Positions 12,004 to 24,508 of a DNA stretch of 64,000 bases are shown here, piece by piece. The position numbers and the translations under genes were made by a program. The notes under the pieces are model-generated. The model did not search any database and had not been told where the DNA came from. It was given only the letters and a program-made list of their open reading frames with translations. The first letter of the stretch is position 1. Every line of letters begins with the position of its first letter. The DNA is from Paraspadella gotoi. Its lineage: Eukaryota > Animalia > Chaetognatha. The DNA lies in the NCBI GenBank assembly GCA_051294375.1, contig CM119267.1, forward strand, positions 13,463,081 through 13,527,080. The letters are read 5' to 3'.

Positions 12004-13663
12004 ATGATTAGCGCTTTAATTTGATACCACACCCACCTTGCTATCTATTTTCTTTCAAAAGTTATTCAAGAAAATAACTTTTTTTACTGTTAAAGAAATA
12101 AGGATTTGAACTACGCAGTACAAATCTTTGTTAAATAAAAATTTCGGCAAAGCGGGAGTATCTCGCTTAATCCTATTGGTACAATACTTAAATTTTAAAA
12201 TAATTCTTGAAGAAAAATGTTTTATCATCTAGAGACCTATCACTTTCAGATGTACCCATTGTCTTGCTCATTTATGGCTTTTGCTTGAAGAAATCAGCAA
12301 AACGTTTCCTCTTTTTTTTAAATAGTTAGTACTAGCGCGTCAAAAATCTAAGGAGAAAGTCAAAAATTTTATTCTGATAAATTTTGCCTTTTAAGGCTGA
12401 CATTTATGACCATATCTCGGAAACTATTGTAGGAATTTTAAAACGGTTTTTTGCAAGTGAATATTGACATCACCCTCCAGCGACTGGCATAAAAATATAT
12501 AAAAAAATTAATTAAAATTAGCTCTCATTTGGAAATCTAAATTTATTGTATCCTAATACTTTTTTTATATCCCGTCAAGGGTCTTCTATAAAAAAAAAAA
12601 TTGGAAACAAATCTAACAAAGATGTCCATAAAAATTTATACAAAGTTTTTTCTTCTGTAAAACTAGATTAAAAAAAAATTAACTGTAAGCTCAATTTCTA
12701 CAACGAAATTTTCAATTTGAAATTAATTCTTTATAGTAAGCTCAATTTCTACTTCTTATATTTAATTATTTTTTTTTGGGGGGGGAGTACATATTCGGAT
12801 AAAATAATAATAAATATTAAATTATTATCCAAAACTACTATATATATAATTATATATATAATTTAAAATGGTGAAACAATCATAAAATTTTCATAAAATC
12901 CCCGCTCATAGCCCATTTTGATATCCAAGGGCACAACTTTTATCCCCCCTGCATATAAATATAATGGCTTATTTTTACATTCGCCGAACGGGATTTTGCG
13001 GTCGGTTTTTATTTTTTCGCTTCTTATGAGCGACGTATATAGAAATCTTTCTACGCAAAAATAAAAAAAGACACTGGTAAGAAAAACAATTTTTTATTAC
13101 AAATTCCTAACCACCCCTAACCTTAACCACCCCTAATCCCTAACCAACTTTAACCCAATTGCAAACCATTTTAAAAAAATCTTAAAAGCATAAGGATCGT
13201 CGCAATCCATAGAAAAATCTGGATTGACGACAAATTTTGATACTAAAAAAAATAAAATTTGAGAAAAGAAAATTAGATTATAAACAGACAGAAAAATTAT
13301 ATTTTGCGATTGTCAATTTAAAAAAAATAATAAAGTACCAAGGAAAATTAAAGTTACAGTTTCTGAAAAAAAAAAACTTTTTCATTGTTAAAAAATAACT
13401 GATCAGCAGACGCAGTCCTTAAGAAAAAAAAAAGGAATAAAAATTCGATGTTGCGATAGCAAAATGATAACATGCACGAATGCGATGCTTAATTTTACAA
13501 GTTCAATCCTAATTCAATTTTTTTTTAATAAAAACGCAGAGAGAGAGAGAGAAAGAGAGAGAGAAAAAAAAATCAAAAGGCAGCAGCAGAAGCAGCAGGA
13601 GAAAAGAGAGAAAAAGAATAAGCCCATGCAGAGCCAGCTGCAGACTCGTTTTTTCCCCTATGA

Positions 13664-14836
13664 TAGGGACCAACTCCAGATATAATATAAAATTTTGACT
13701 ATTAGCAAAGTATTTTTAGTGTCTTGACTAAATATTTAAGCAATCATTTTCTAAAAAATTTACATTATATGTCTTGATTAATACATTAAATGAAATTGGT
13801 ACAACCAATATAAAATTATCCATTCATTTAATAAATAAGCTATCTTGCCCTGACTTTACAGGCTTTGGTGGTTTAAGGCTCCATCACTCTTACATATAAT
13901 GACATAGCAGGTCCCTGCAAGCTTTCAATTCAAGACTCTTTCACAGACTCGTTTATTCACTCCCAGAGTACCTGTGCTTCCCTATCAATGAAGTGAAAAT
14001 ATTTCAAAGAATGTTTTCAATTGTATGAAAAGACCACTCCTTAAGTATTAGATCGGGGAATACTTATTGTACTCCGCACTAGCATCAAAATACAAGGAGC
14101 TGAATTTTATGAAATTGGTACAACCAATATAAAAATTATCCATTCATTTAATAATAAGGCTATCTTGCCCTGACTTTGGACAGGCTTTGGTGGTTTAAGG
14201 CCTCCATCACTCTTACAAGATAATGACATATGCAGGTCTGCAAGCTTTCAATCAAGACTCTTTCACAGACTCGTTTATTCACTCCAGAGTACCTGGCTTC
14301 CCTATCAATGAAGTGGAAAATATTTCAAAGAATTTTTCAATTGTATGAAAACAATATTACTTGTCTTTTTTTACATTATAAAATTTTTTTTTGGAAATCT
14401 TAAAATTTTTTGATGGATTCTGATACAGCATAAAAAGTTAAACAAGAATATAATTACAGCTTTTAAAAATTTTTATGTTTGCTATGTGAAAATATAAAAA
14501 ACTGATAAAATTATCGAAAGATGATGATGATGATGATTTTTTACGGTTTTTCTTATTTTTGACTCACTTATCATGAAAATATTTAAAAAAGAAGTATACT
14601 TTGTGTAGACAACTTTTTATGAGCTATCTGAATCTGGTCTTAAAATTTAAAAATTCTGAAAAAAATTTTTGGCCTATCCTATTTATAAATAAATATTAAA
14701 AAATTAATTATTTGGGTATAGAGCCACATAAGAAATGTTTTGTCCATTGGAAGTATACTTCAAAATGTATAAATTTTCGTTTGAGCATGTAATCATTCTA
14801 AATTTTTGACTCACCCCATTGAGTGGGGCTACCCTA
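13664..14836 (+). mobile_element. hAT-type MITE family 2 (other copies 22486-24844, about 32500-32972, about 38840-40713)
   Basis: Termini TAGGG..CCCTA with flanking duplication cctatga; conserved AT-rich interior. Confidence 0.7.
13790..14350 (-). repeat. Two direct copies of a 240-bp dispersed repeat with 78-bp spacer (also 62158-62401, partial 21559-21659)
   Basis: 13790-14030 and 14109-14350 are near-identical. Confidence 0.85.
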
Positions 14837-16175
14837 CCTATGATTATGAATCAGTGACTAGGGAAAAGAGAGAGGAGAGAGACATGTAATTAAAAGAGAA
14901 AAGAGAAAGAAATATAAAAATAAAAGAGAGAAAATTTGTTTGTTTTGATAAAACGTAAACAAAACATATTTAATAACTGTCCAAACTCAATTTTAAGCAC
15001 ATCGATGATGAGAAGCTGTCGATAAATTTTCAGCTTCATACACCCAAATTTAATCATAAAAAAGGCGATCTATAATTTGGAACGCCGACGACGACGACGC
15101 CACTTATGCGCAAAAGCGCAAAAGCGTTACAATATCGTCGCAAACGCTTAGCGATTGCGACAATAAATATAACACAAAAATATTGTTTTTCCTTGTTTGT
15201 TTACTAGAGCATTGAAAAATAACAAAATATAACAAATCAAGTGAGGTACATAGCTATTTAGTGTAATGTAGTCAGTAGAATTCGATGGTGATGACCATTT
15301 TTTTGTATAATTTTATCTTTCTTGTCGGAAATGACGGTTTTTAATGTATATAAAATTGTTATAAAATAGCAAAAGTTATGATAAATCAAATTATTAAAAT
15401 TTTATAAAATTTATATGAGCTTTTGAAATATAAAAATAAAGACTTATAAAGATATTTTGGTAAGTTTATTTCTAAATTTTATGTTTTATAAAAAGTTAGT
15501 TAACTATATTTATTAATAATTATGAGTAAAAATTGGGTTAAAGTTAAAAATTAATATTTTCAAAATTTTTTTCATGGATTTGCATTCTTTGCAAAAAGTT
15601 GATATAAGAAGATATAATTTTTATATCAAAATTATGTTATTAAGTTGGTCAAAATTAAGAAACACTATAATTTTAAACCAAAAATTGAAAAATTAAACAA
15701 AAATAATAGTTTTTAATATTTTTAACCTACTTAATGAAAGAATTTTTTAAAATGGATTATACTTTCTTATATCAACTTTTTGTAAGGAATTCAAATCCGG
15801 TTTTAAAATTTTAAATTTTTTATTTTTTCACTTTAGCTTATTTTTTATTATTATTTATTAATAAATATAGCTAACAAACTATTAATAAAATATAAAATTT
15901 GTAAATAAACTTACCAAAATATGTATATGGGTCTTTATTTTCATATTATGTAAATTAAATATGGCTTATCTTAATAATTTGAGTCTCTTATACTCTACAA
16001 TGTTTCTCCCATTTTAATAGTACCTTATATGCTACAAAAATCGCCATTTCCGACAAAGAAGATGAGACTATACAAAAAAATGGTTATCATCATCGAATTC
16101 TACAGACTTTATTACACTAAAATAGCTATGTACCTCACTTGATTTGTTATATTTCGTTATTTTTCAACGTCCTAT

Positions 16176-16470
16176 TGTTTACGTACAACGAATTTTATTA
16201 AGAAACATAAATTTCGGACATTTTTCGGCTTCAATGTAAACCATCCTCATCGCAAAAACAAATTGATTTGTAAAAAAAATATTTTCACAGACTGAAAAGT
16301 TTGAAGAGACAAAAAGAGAAAGATGCATTTGTTTTACAAATCAATTCGTTTTTGCGCTGATGAAGGCTTACATTGTCATTGAAGCTGAAACATTTCCAAA
16401 ATTTGTTTCTTTATAAAACTCGTACGTAAACAAACAATTCATTTTCTACCTAAAACAAAAATAACAATTA
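16176..16470. mobile_element. Fold-back mini-PLE (second family) with degenerate inverted hammerheads; second copy at about 41600-42130
   Basis: Inverted arms tacgtac..aaatttcggaca..gcaaaaac / gtttttgcgctgatgaag..gaaaca..tacgta; a related copy lies at 41600-41850. Confidence 0.7.
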
Positions 16471-17717
16471 AAATAAGTTTAAACTAAATATTATTTATTA
16501 TAAAATTATAAAATTTGTATTACTATACAAAAAAGAATATATTATTGCGCAAAATGAGAATCGACGCGAGAGGGAAAACAAAATTAAATGGTGTTACCTA
16601 AGGTTGGTTCCGAACGTCGAATAGTAAAGGTCCGGAGTTCTAGCAGTTAAGAGGGACGGGGCGCTTAACCCGCCTGTAACACGGTGTTACAGCCTGATCC
16701 GAAGCTCAGGGACTGTTTATATTGAACGGTTCTGTCACTAACTCATAACAATAATTACTGTCTCTTCAGATTCTATTTTCGTTAACGCACTATGATCCCA
16801 GATGAACAAAAACATTACTAACACGACTGAATAGTATTCAGTGAATACTGATAGGGTGTCAGGAGAGAGTTTTGTAATAGTACGAGAGCCAAATTAAAAT
16901 TTCAGAATTTTCGCTTTCTTTTTTTTTTTTTTTTTTGCAGGGTCCAACGAAATGGAGATGACATGATCCGTATTACGATCGCTGGCGCGTCCAAGCTCGA
17001 AATTCCTTAGCGGTTTCGGCCATGTTCGGAAAATCTGCGCACAACGTTCGAACCCAGGTTCTCAAAAGTTACAAGGCTCACGCTTAGTCTTACAAAAGGC
17101 CCAGTGTTCGTTAAAAACCAAACAGTCAGAATCATAAACCAAGGTTAATATAAAATAAAAATTTGAAAAATAAAAGCTAACAAGACTAAATACAAACATG
17201 AAAGTTAATAGTAAAATTTAAATCGAATATATAATATCGCATATATCATCGCAGAGGGAATCGGAACCAAGAATGGAATCGGATCCGCGACTCGGATGAA
17301 ATCCGCAGAGTATTATTATTAAATTTATTTATTTTATTTCGAGAATAAATTTGAAATAATAACATTTTAATGGTTTACAACAACGATAGCCTTTTCTATA
17401 GTCCTTTTTAATTGTTTACGACCACGATAAAATGTTTTTACATGAAAATGTTATCATTTCGTCTCTAAATCGAATATAAAAAATAAAAGTAAATTTTTTG
17501 GATCTCTGTTTCTGCCAAAAATCTTGTAATTATAGTAATAATAATTTAGGAAAAATGATTTTTGATTTCGTAATGAGTTTATTTGACAATTATTTAAGTA
17601 ATAATATTTAAATATTAAAAAAAGGTCGTACCCTAGGTACGATTTTCTATTGACGATTTTCGATAGAACGATACGATAAGTTAATTCATTTTTGCCTAAC
17701 CCCCCAAAAATTAGGGC

Positions 17718-19913
17718 ATGTCTCCCCAACGAGCGTCCCTATCTGCCTGCGCTTCCCGACGGGCCTCAAGTTCCGGATTAAACTATGAATCCTCCCGGCA
17801 CCGCTCCCTTTCAAACGAAGAGTCTGAGGGAGGCCGCCAGTGCAACGTCTGCGGCGGCCATCTTGTTTCCGGGCATCCGCGCGGCGGAACCTGTCACGCC
17901 TGTGGAATGCGCGTTTGCCACCGGTGCCGCTCCCCAGCCGATGACAGCGTCCGGTGGGTCTGCATTCCATGCGAACGCAGAAACTACCTGCGGGCGGCAC
18001 GTTCGGGAGAGTGGCAAACGCTGAGTCCGTCGATCTACTCGGCGGCGAGTGATTTTCCCAGAAACAACTCCAGCACTATGGACTCGCGCCTCCTCAAAGG
18101 ACTACGTTTAAGCCCACAGACATCACTCGAATCATCAGGTCCGCACTCCTACCGCAGTCAGTGGAGCACATCGTCCTGGGGGGTAGCCTCGCATGGCTCT
18201 TTTAGCGATGCAGTTATGAGCCCTAGCCCAACGGGGCAGCCGCCACTGGTGCCTGGCAGGGTGGGCGGTCCGCCTAAATTGCGAGTGCCGCGACCAGAAA
18301 AAGACAATGTTGAGAATGAGGGGCGCTCAGAGGATCATAGACATTTCGACTGCCCAAAGAGCCCCAGTCCCAACTCTAATCGGTCTAGAGAGGGCTGGAA
18401 ACGTCAGAGGACCATCTATGAGGACACATTTGTAGGTCACCCGGACGATCAGACCACGATGGCACCGTCAACAGACTGGAGAGGCGTCTTGGACGGCGCC
18501 TCCTCCTCCTCCGAAGAGAATGAAGCGGTGGAAGAGCTGCGTCCGAAGCCACCAAGTCCATCCCCTCTTAACAGGCGGCGATCCATTTCGGACCCGCCGC
18601 CAGCTCGCCGAGAATCGGAGCCGGCGCTCAGCAGCAACGCCTCAAATTTTTTGCGCCAGCGATTCATGAAGTGGCGGGACTCTTGGAATCCGCTGAGTAA
18701 TCTCAACAAATCCATCACCTCGACAACGACAACCACTGAAGATGGCACTATGGTGTCAAGCTTCGACTCGAACCAATCGAGTAGCAAGAAGGATTCGCTG
18801 ACGATATCCGTGCAGCAAGTCTCCAGCAAAAAGTTTCATAGTACCACTGACGAATCGGACGCCTCGGATAGTTCCGATTATGATGAAAGCTACCAACCAG
18901 AGCTTTCCAAAATAGAGACCGTCTCTGGCGTCTCGTACTACCGCAGGAAGGTGCTATCAAGGGTCCCCAATGTTTCAGGAAAAAAACTTGAGAACCAGTC
19001 ATCCAGCTCCGGCGAAAGTGTTGACAAGATCCCTAAAGCCTGGCAGAGGTACGCTCTTCTTCGAGGCTTCCCCATTCCAGGAAAGCCTATCCGCTTATTT
19101 TCTCGAAAACCGGCCAACCTGTCGACGGACTCGAGTGCGACGGAAAAGTCTTCGCCGCTTGGCCATTCACTCCCGCCAGCTTATTCCCCGTTTTCCCGCG
19201 CACCGTCCCACTCCCCGCGCGACTTTTCCCGCGGCGATTCGTCGGGAAGTAACAGCGGGGCGTCCATGTCTTCGTCTCGTTTCGGTTTTGGCAGCACCTT
19301 TGGGTCGCTGGGGTCGCGGAGCGAAAGCGAATCATCAACTGGCTACGAGAGTAGTGATGCGAATCTCGCGGTTGCGGCAACCACCGTGGCGGCCTCGGTC
19401 GCGTTCAAACGTCATAGCCGTCGTAGCCGGTTGGCCCATCGCATCGGCGCCACGCCGACCAGCCCCCATCACGCGCCCCTGAGGCAGAGCTCATCCCCTA
19501 CGCTGGGCGCCACGCCTGTCTCACGACACCGCTCTCTCTCTCCCCTCGTTAAAGGCCATTCCACCACGGCGACGTCTAAAGACGGCACGCACCTCACAAC
19601 ACCGAGTTTCAACGCCGCTTCTTCGCCGCCGCGATCCCCACTCTCCACGCACTCGCCACACCCTCGCGTAATACCGTCACTCTCGCTCAGCGCTGAGGAC
19701 GAGGACACGGGGCACTTCACCGTACAGAGGGGACTTGCCTCAAAACATTATGGCGGTGGCACCAGCCCCGTTCATCATAAACATTCAAGATTTGCTCAGG
19801 CGAGGGGCCACAGCTTGCAACAGTACCATTATTGCGACGAGACAGGACACCTTACAGCGCATCCAGAAATAGAGATCATTGCTCCAAGCGATGAGGAGGA
19901 CGGCTACGCCTAG
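17718..19913 (+). CDS. Slp/Slac2/rabphilin-like Rab-effector protein (FYVE-type Zn finger + SGEW motif) with long Ser/Pro-rich disordered tail
   Basis: 731-aa GC-rich ORF in AT-rich DNA. CNVC..CHAC..VCHRC..WVCIPC is followed by RSGEW, matching the Zn finger and SGxW motif of Slp-homology Rab-binding domains. No C2 domains and no clear N-terminal SHD1 helix in the ORF. Confidence 0.75.
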   Translation: MSPQRASLSACASRRASSSGLNYESSRHRSLSNEESEGGRQCNVCGGHLVSGHPRGGTCHACGMRVCHRCRSPADDSVRWVCIPCERRNYLRAARSGEWQTLSPSIYSAASDFPRNNSSTMDSRLLKGLRLSPQTSLESSGPHSYRSQWSTSSWGVASHGSFSDAVMSPSPTGQPPLVPGRVGGPPKLRVPRPEKDNVENEGRSEDHRHFDCPKSPSPNSNRSREGWKRQRTIYEDTFVGHPDDQTTMAPSTDWRGVLDGASSSSEENEAVEELRPKPPSPSPLNRRRSISDPPPARRESEPALSSNASNFLRQRFMKWRDSWNPLSNLNKSITSTTTTTEDGTMVSSFDSNQSSSKKDSLTISVQQVSSKKFHSTTDESDASDSSDYDESYQPELSKIETVSGVSYYRRKVLSRVPNVSGKKLENQSSSSGESVDKIPKAWQRYALLRGFPIPGKPIRLFSRKPANLSTDSSATEKSSPLGHSLPPAYSPFSRAPSHSPRDFSRGDSSGSNSGASMSSSRFGFGSTFGSLGSRSESESSTGYESSDANLAVAATTVAASVAFKRHSRRSRLAHRIGATPTSPHHAPLRQSSSPTLGATPVSRHRSLSPLVKGHSTTATSKDGTHLTTPSFNAASSPPRSPLSTHSPHPRVIPSLSLSAEDEDTGHFTVQRGLASKHYGGGTSPVHHKHSRFAQARGHSLQQYHYCDETGHLTAHPEIEIIAPSDEEDGYA

Positions 19914-22900
19914 AAGCCCATCATATATGGGGTGGGACGAGTGAGAGGTGCCTTTATTCTTGTTTGCTTTTTAAAACGTCCTAATCAAAATCTTGCAAAC
20001 TGCTTAAAGTAAAATTTAAGGTTTTTACAACGTAGGGATAAAGCAGAATTAAAATCGTTTAAAATTACAATTTTCTAAACCATAAAGCATTAATATTAAT
20101 TTTAAATCGATGTAGAGTTTTTTAATTGATTTGTGAATTTGTCGAAACAGCAAAGCAAAGCAAAGCATGAAGAATAAGAAGCGCTTTATTATTAACAAGC
20201 TTTAAAGTTTTATAAATACATTTTCTCCTCTCTCATCAAAGTTCTCTTCAGAAAAGAATAAATTCTCTACAATAAATTCTCTCTCGATTATTCGCTCTCT
20301 TCCGTTTTGTAAATCACTTTAGTGATACTTACCCCCTCAAATTGTACATTTAAAAAAAAAAATTTCATCTATTTAACTTTTCTTTTCTACTAGAAGGATT
20401 TGTCTCTTACTTTCTCTACTATGAGCATTTTCCCTTTACTTTCTATAGAAATTTGCTCTTATTTCTGCACCCACAAGTTCTTCACTTGCATTGCTTTATA
20501 CAAAATAACAAATTTTGCTTATTTTAGTTTTAATAAACCAGATGGATGTACAAGCAAAAAACAAAATAGCAATAAAATTTAGTTTAAATATATGTACTAG
20601 AGGTTTTAATATTTTTTTAAACAAAAGAACAGTTAAAACTATTAATTTTTTTTTATTTAGATTTTAACCTATTCTATTAGAGGGCTCTATAAAGAAAGAA
20701 GCTTTTTGTAAGACAAAAGAACATTTAAAATAAATTTTATCGGCACCCACTAAATCATCACTTGTAACTGCTCTTCAACAAAATAGCAATTATTTTTAAA
20801 ATTTTTTATTATTTTATTTTTTTTGTATTTAATCTTTTTTTGTTAGGTTTTGTAATTAGATATGAAAATATTTCAGTTTAATGATTTTATGCTAAAAACG
20901 CTGATGAAGGCTTGAATTAAAACTAAAACATGTACATTATATAAATAAAATTGTTAATAAACTGAAATATTTTTGCATCTAACTTAAATCTTTTTTTTAA
21001 TTTAATTTTTAACAAATATTATTTTCTTATTCTATTTTATTCTATTTCTTATTATATATCTTGATCTAAGCATTTTTGTCATATATCATACATCAAAACA
21101 AAAATATTTTTACAAATACCAAAATATTATTAATGCCATAGTAACAGTTCAGTTTAAGCCCTTGAAAGTGATTTACATGTATTGGCGCAGCCACTAGTTT
21201 ATCTTCTTCCCGAAACATTTACGTATATAGTATATATATAATATACAAATATATTATTATGTTGAACAGTTATACTTAATTTTTTATATGTTCATGAATG
21301 ATTCTATGTATCTATCAATTTATCATGTTACTGAAGGATGAATAAATAAAAAATTAACGATTGAAAAAATGCTTCTATCTCAATATTTCCTGAACATGAT
21401 CAATTGATCATTAGGGTAGAGTGATGAAAAGATTGAGCGATTGAACACTTTTTTTTGCTGCTCTTGTATATGAAATGAAAAATAATTGAGCTCTTTTTTA
21501 AAAAAAATTTATATAACAGTATCATAAATTGAATTTTCTTTATAGTAATATAAAAAAATTGGAGGACTTAAACCACCAAAGCCTGTCCAAAGTCAGGCGC
21601 AAGATAGCTTATTTATTAAATGAATGGATAATTTTTATATTGGTTGTACCAATTTCATAAAAAAATTCAAAAAACTTTTCTCCTTAATACTTAACAGCAA
21701 CGAAAAGAGAGTTAATACACAATGTCGACTAATAGTAATATCCTTATAAAATCATAAAATTTCAAAATAACATTTTTTAAATTTTAAGAAGTTTTGGATT
21801 CGCCAAAAAAACTAAAAAAACTTTTATATAATAATGTTTTATGATATTTTATGCTAAAACTGCGAAATATGAGTAAAACGTTTCATCATATAATAGTTTC
21901 TACTACAGAGAATAAAAAAGTAAAAAATTTTAATTTTTTTCCCCTTTTTTGATGCTGAAGACATCGGAATTCTTGATAACATGTTTTAAAATTTTGGTCT
22001 CACTTTTTGAATCACAATTTGAATCTGTAATAAAAATTTACAAAAAATGATTTTGAAAATTTATTATTTTATAAGGTTATTTCTGCATTTAATGATACTA
22101 TGAAACACTATGAAAAAAATAGTTATTTTACTCGATAATCATGTTTGTTCCCGAGAGCTCCACTCGATCATTTCAAAATTTTTCTTTCTAATTCTAGCTG
22201 GTTTTGTTAATTTCAAAAATTTATAAATCATATCGAATGTATACGATTAAAACCTCCATTTAAATCATATCTTTAAAATTCACTTTGTCGGTCCATCGGT
22301 ACGCCCCCCCAATCTTGTCGGTAAGTTACGTAAATCATGTTAGAACATCGAATTATGATAAATTATGCAAAAAAATTGGTGTCCGTCCGTCTGTACGTCC
22401 CCCCTTAGATTTAAACGCCAATTACTCAATACTCATGATTGTATGGGGCGATTAACTGTAAATTTTGTAGGAAATTGGGTAGGAATAGGGGTAGCCCCAC
22501 ACAATGGCGTGAGTAAAAAATTTAGAAAGAGTACATGCTCAAACAAAAATTTATACATTTTTAAGTATACTTGCAATGAACAAAAAAATTATAATATGGC
22601 TCTATAGCATAGAACCATATTATAATTTTTTAGACTATACCCAAACAATTAATTTGTTAACATTTATTTATGGATAGGAAAGGCCAAAATTTTTTTTGCT
22701 AATTTTTAAATTTTAAGACCAGATAACTCATAAAAAGTTTTCTGCACAAAGTATAATTCTTTTTTAAATATTTTCATGATGAGTCAAAAATAAGAAAAAC
22801 CGTAAAAAATTGTCATATTTCGATGATTTTATCAGTTTTTTTTATATTTTCACTTTAAGGAAAAAACAGTTTTTAATGAGCAACAACAATTTATTAGGCA

Positions 22901-23334
22901 AAAGTCAGACAAGTTTTGACTCTGTCTTAAGAGTCTTCATCAGCGGTTTTAATAATCAACAATTTTTCTCTCTTTAATATTAGAGAGAGGGAGATTTCAA
23001 CAAAGATTTGAGAAAGGACAGTGGTCAGATGTGAGGACAGGTGAAGATAAGGACAGGGAAGAAGATAAGATTGGTTGAACCTTGAAAGGTGAAAAAATTG
23101 AGGGAGAGAGAGAGAAAACAGAGGCAGAGAAAATTGTTATATTTAGCAATGTATAACAAATAATAAATGGAGAAACTTAATATTAAACTAGTATAACAAA
23201 AGAAATTAATAACTTAGTTAAGTATTAAAAATGAAATGTGAAAGGGAAAATAAGTTGTGAGGGATAGATAAGTGAAGATGTTAGTGAAATTAAGAATCTC
23301 CACTTCAGTGACAGCCCGCGGCTCTTTACTTGAG

Positions 23335-23680
23335 GATTTGGTGAAACCGAAAGAATTCCCAGACTGAACACCTCAGGAGCCGTCTACTGGGCGGCCTGTG
23401 CAGGCAAGGGAAACGTAGGCAAGACTGGAAAATCTCTTTCAGATCGGTTCAAACAGCACAAAGCCCTATCGTTGCGCCTGTGATCACTTTGTCGGCTATT
23501 GCCGAGCATTTGGCATCCTCTGGCCATCTGTTTAGAGAGACCAACTGTCTCGGGCTGTCCCATGACCAAAACTGGTTCACCAGAGCCTCTGGCAGAGGTA
23601 TTAGAGAAGCGATATAAATCAAAGCCCTCGTGCCCTCTCTGAATCGTGATGGAGGACGATTCGACCTCCAAGCTATGATT
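23335..23680 (+). pseudogene. Degenerate GIY-YIG endonuclease of Penelope-like element
   Basis: Frameshifted translation SGAVYWAAC..VGKTGKSLSDRFKQH..SAIAEHLASSGH..W..RGIREAI*IK..PSLNRDGG matches the PLE GIY-YIG pattern; it contains stops and frameshifts. Confidence 0.88.
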
Positions 23681-24466
23681 CGCTTATCAAAATGGAGGTG
23701 GAACGCCCAGTGCCACCCCAACCGCACAGTGATTCCCCTGTCTCTACTCAACGGGTCAGGCGGAGGCCTCTCAGCAGGCAATGGACGCCCGATGCCCCTC
23801 CTGAGCCTGCAGCAACTTGGTACAACTTTCATCGCTCCAAGCGTCGCCCAAAACGACGGCTGCAGGAAGAGAAATTTGTTTCCCCTGCATCCAAGCAGGC
23901 CAGAACAGATAATCGCTTACCTCATCGTCAGGTGAGAGGAGAGCCTTCAGCATGTTTATCAGGCCAGAGGGATATTAGAATGGTGTTGGGAATCATACCC
24001 CAGCCTACAATACCCTCTCAGTCTATGACAAGCCAATAACCTGATCTCATCGCTAACGTCCTTTATTTGCCAGGCCGGGGGGGCCAGCTCTTTTTGAGCT
24101 TTTTCTTTATCTTAATTTCACTAACATCTTCACTTATCTATCCCTAATAACTTATTTTCCCTTTTACATTTCATTCTTAATACTTAACTAAGTTATTAAT
24201 TTCTTTTGTTATTACTAGTTTAATATTAAGTTTTTCCATTTATTACTTTGTTGTACATTGCTAAATATAACTATTTTCTCTGCCTCTGTTTTCTCTCTCT
24301 CTCCCTCAATTTTTTTACCTTTCAAGTTTCAACCAATCTTATCTTCTTCCCTGTCCTCACATCTGACCACTGTCCTTTCTCAATTCTTTGTTGTAATCTG
24401 CCTCTTTTTCTCTCTCTCTCTCTCCAAAAATAATATTAAAGAGAGAAAAATTGTTGATTATTAAAA

Positions 24467-24508
24467 CCGCTGATGAAGACTTTTAAGACAGAGTCGAAAC
24501 TTGTCCGA
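24467..24508 (+). ncRNA. Minimal hammerhead ribozyme in the PLE 3' pLTR (the inverted copy at 22905-22946 has GAAA->AAAA)
   Basis: cg-CTGATGA-A-GACTT-ttaagaca-GAGTC-GAAAC-tt-GTC-cg. Confidence 0.75.

Larger units (their letters stand above)
13173..15167 (-). mobile_element. HINE-like element family D (subTIR ATCGTCGCAAT); second copy at 50442-51884
   Basis: ATCGTCGCAAT (13196-13206) next to AAAAAATCTTAAAAG; palindrome ATCGTCGCAA..TTGCGACAAT (15134-15164); (CGA)n microsatellite; interrupted by a hAT MITE. Confidence 0.65.

Noticed and set aside
17686-19720. Overlapping alternative-frame and antisense ORFs within the Zn-finger gene (and within GRK)
   Set aside because: Expected shadows of GC-rich coding sequence.
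23692-24039. 115-aa Pro/Arg-rich ORF in the PLE
   Set aside because: Lies in the decayed 3' part of the element after the GIY-YIG remnant; no independent support as a gene.
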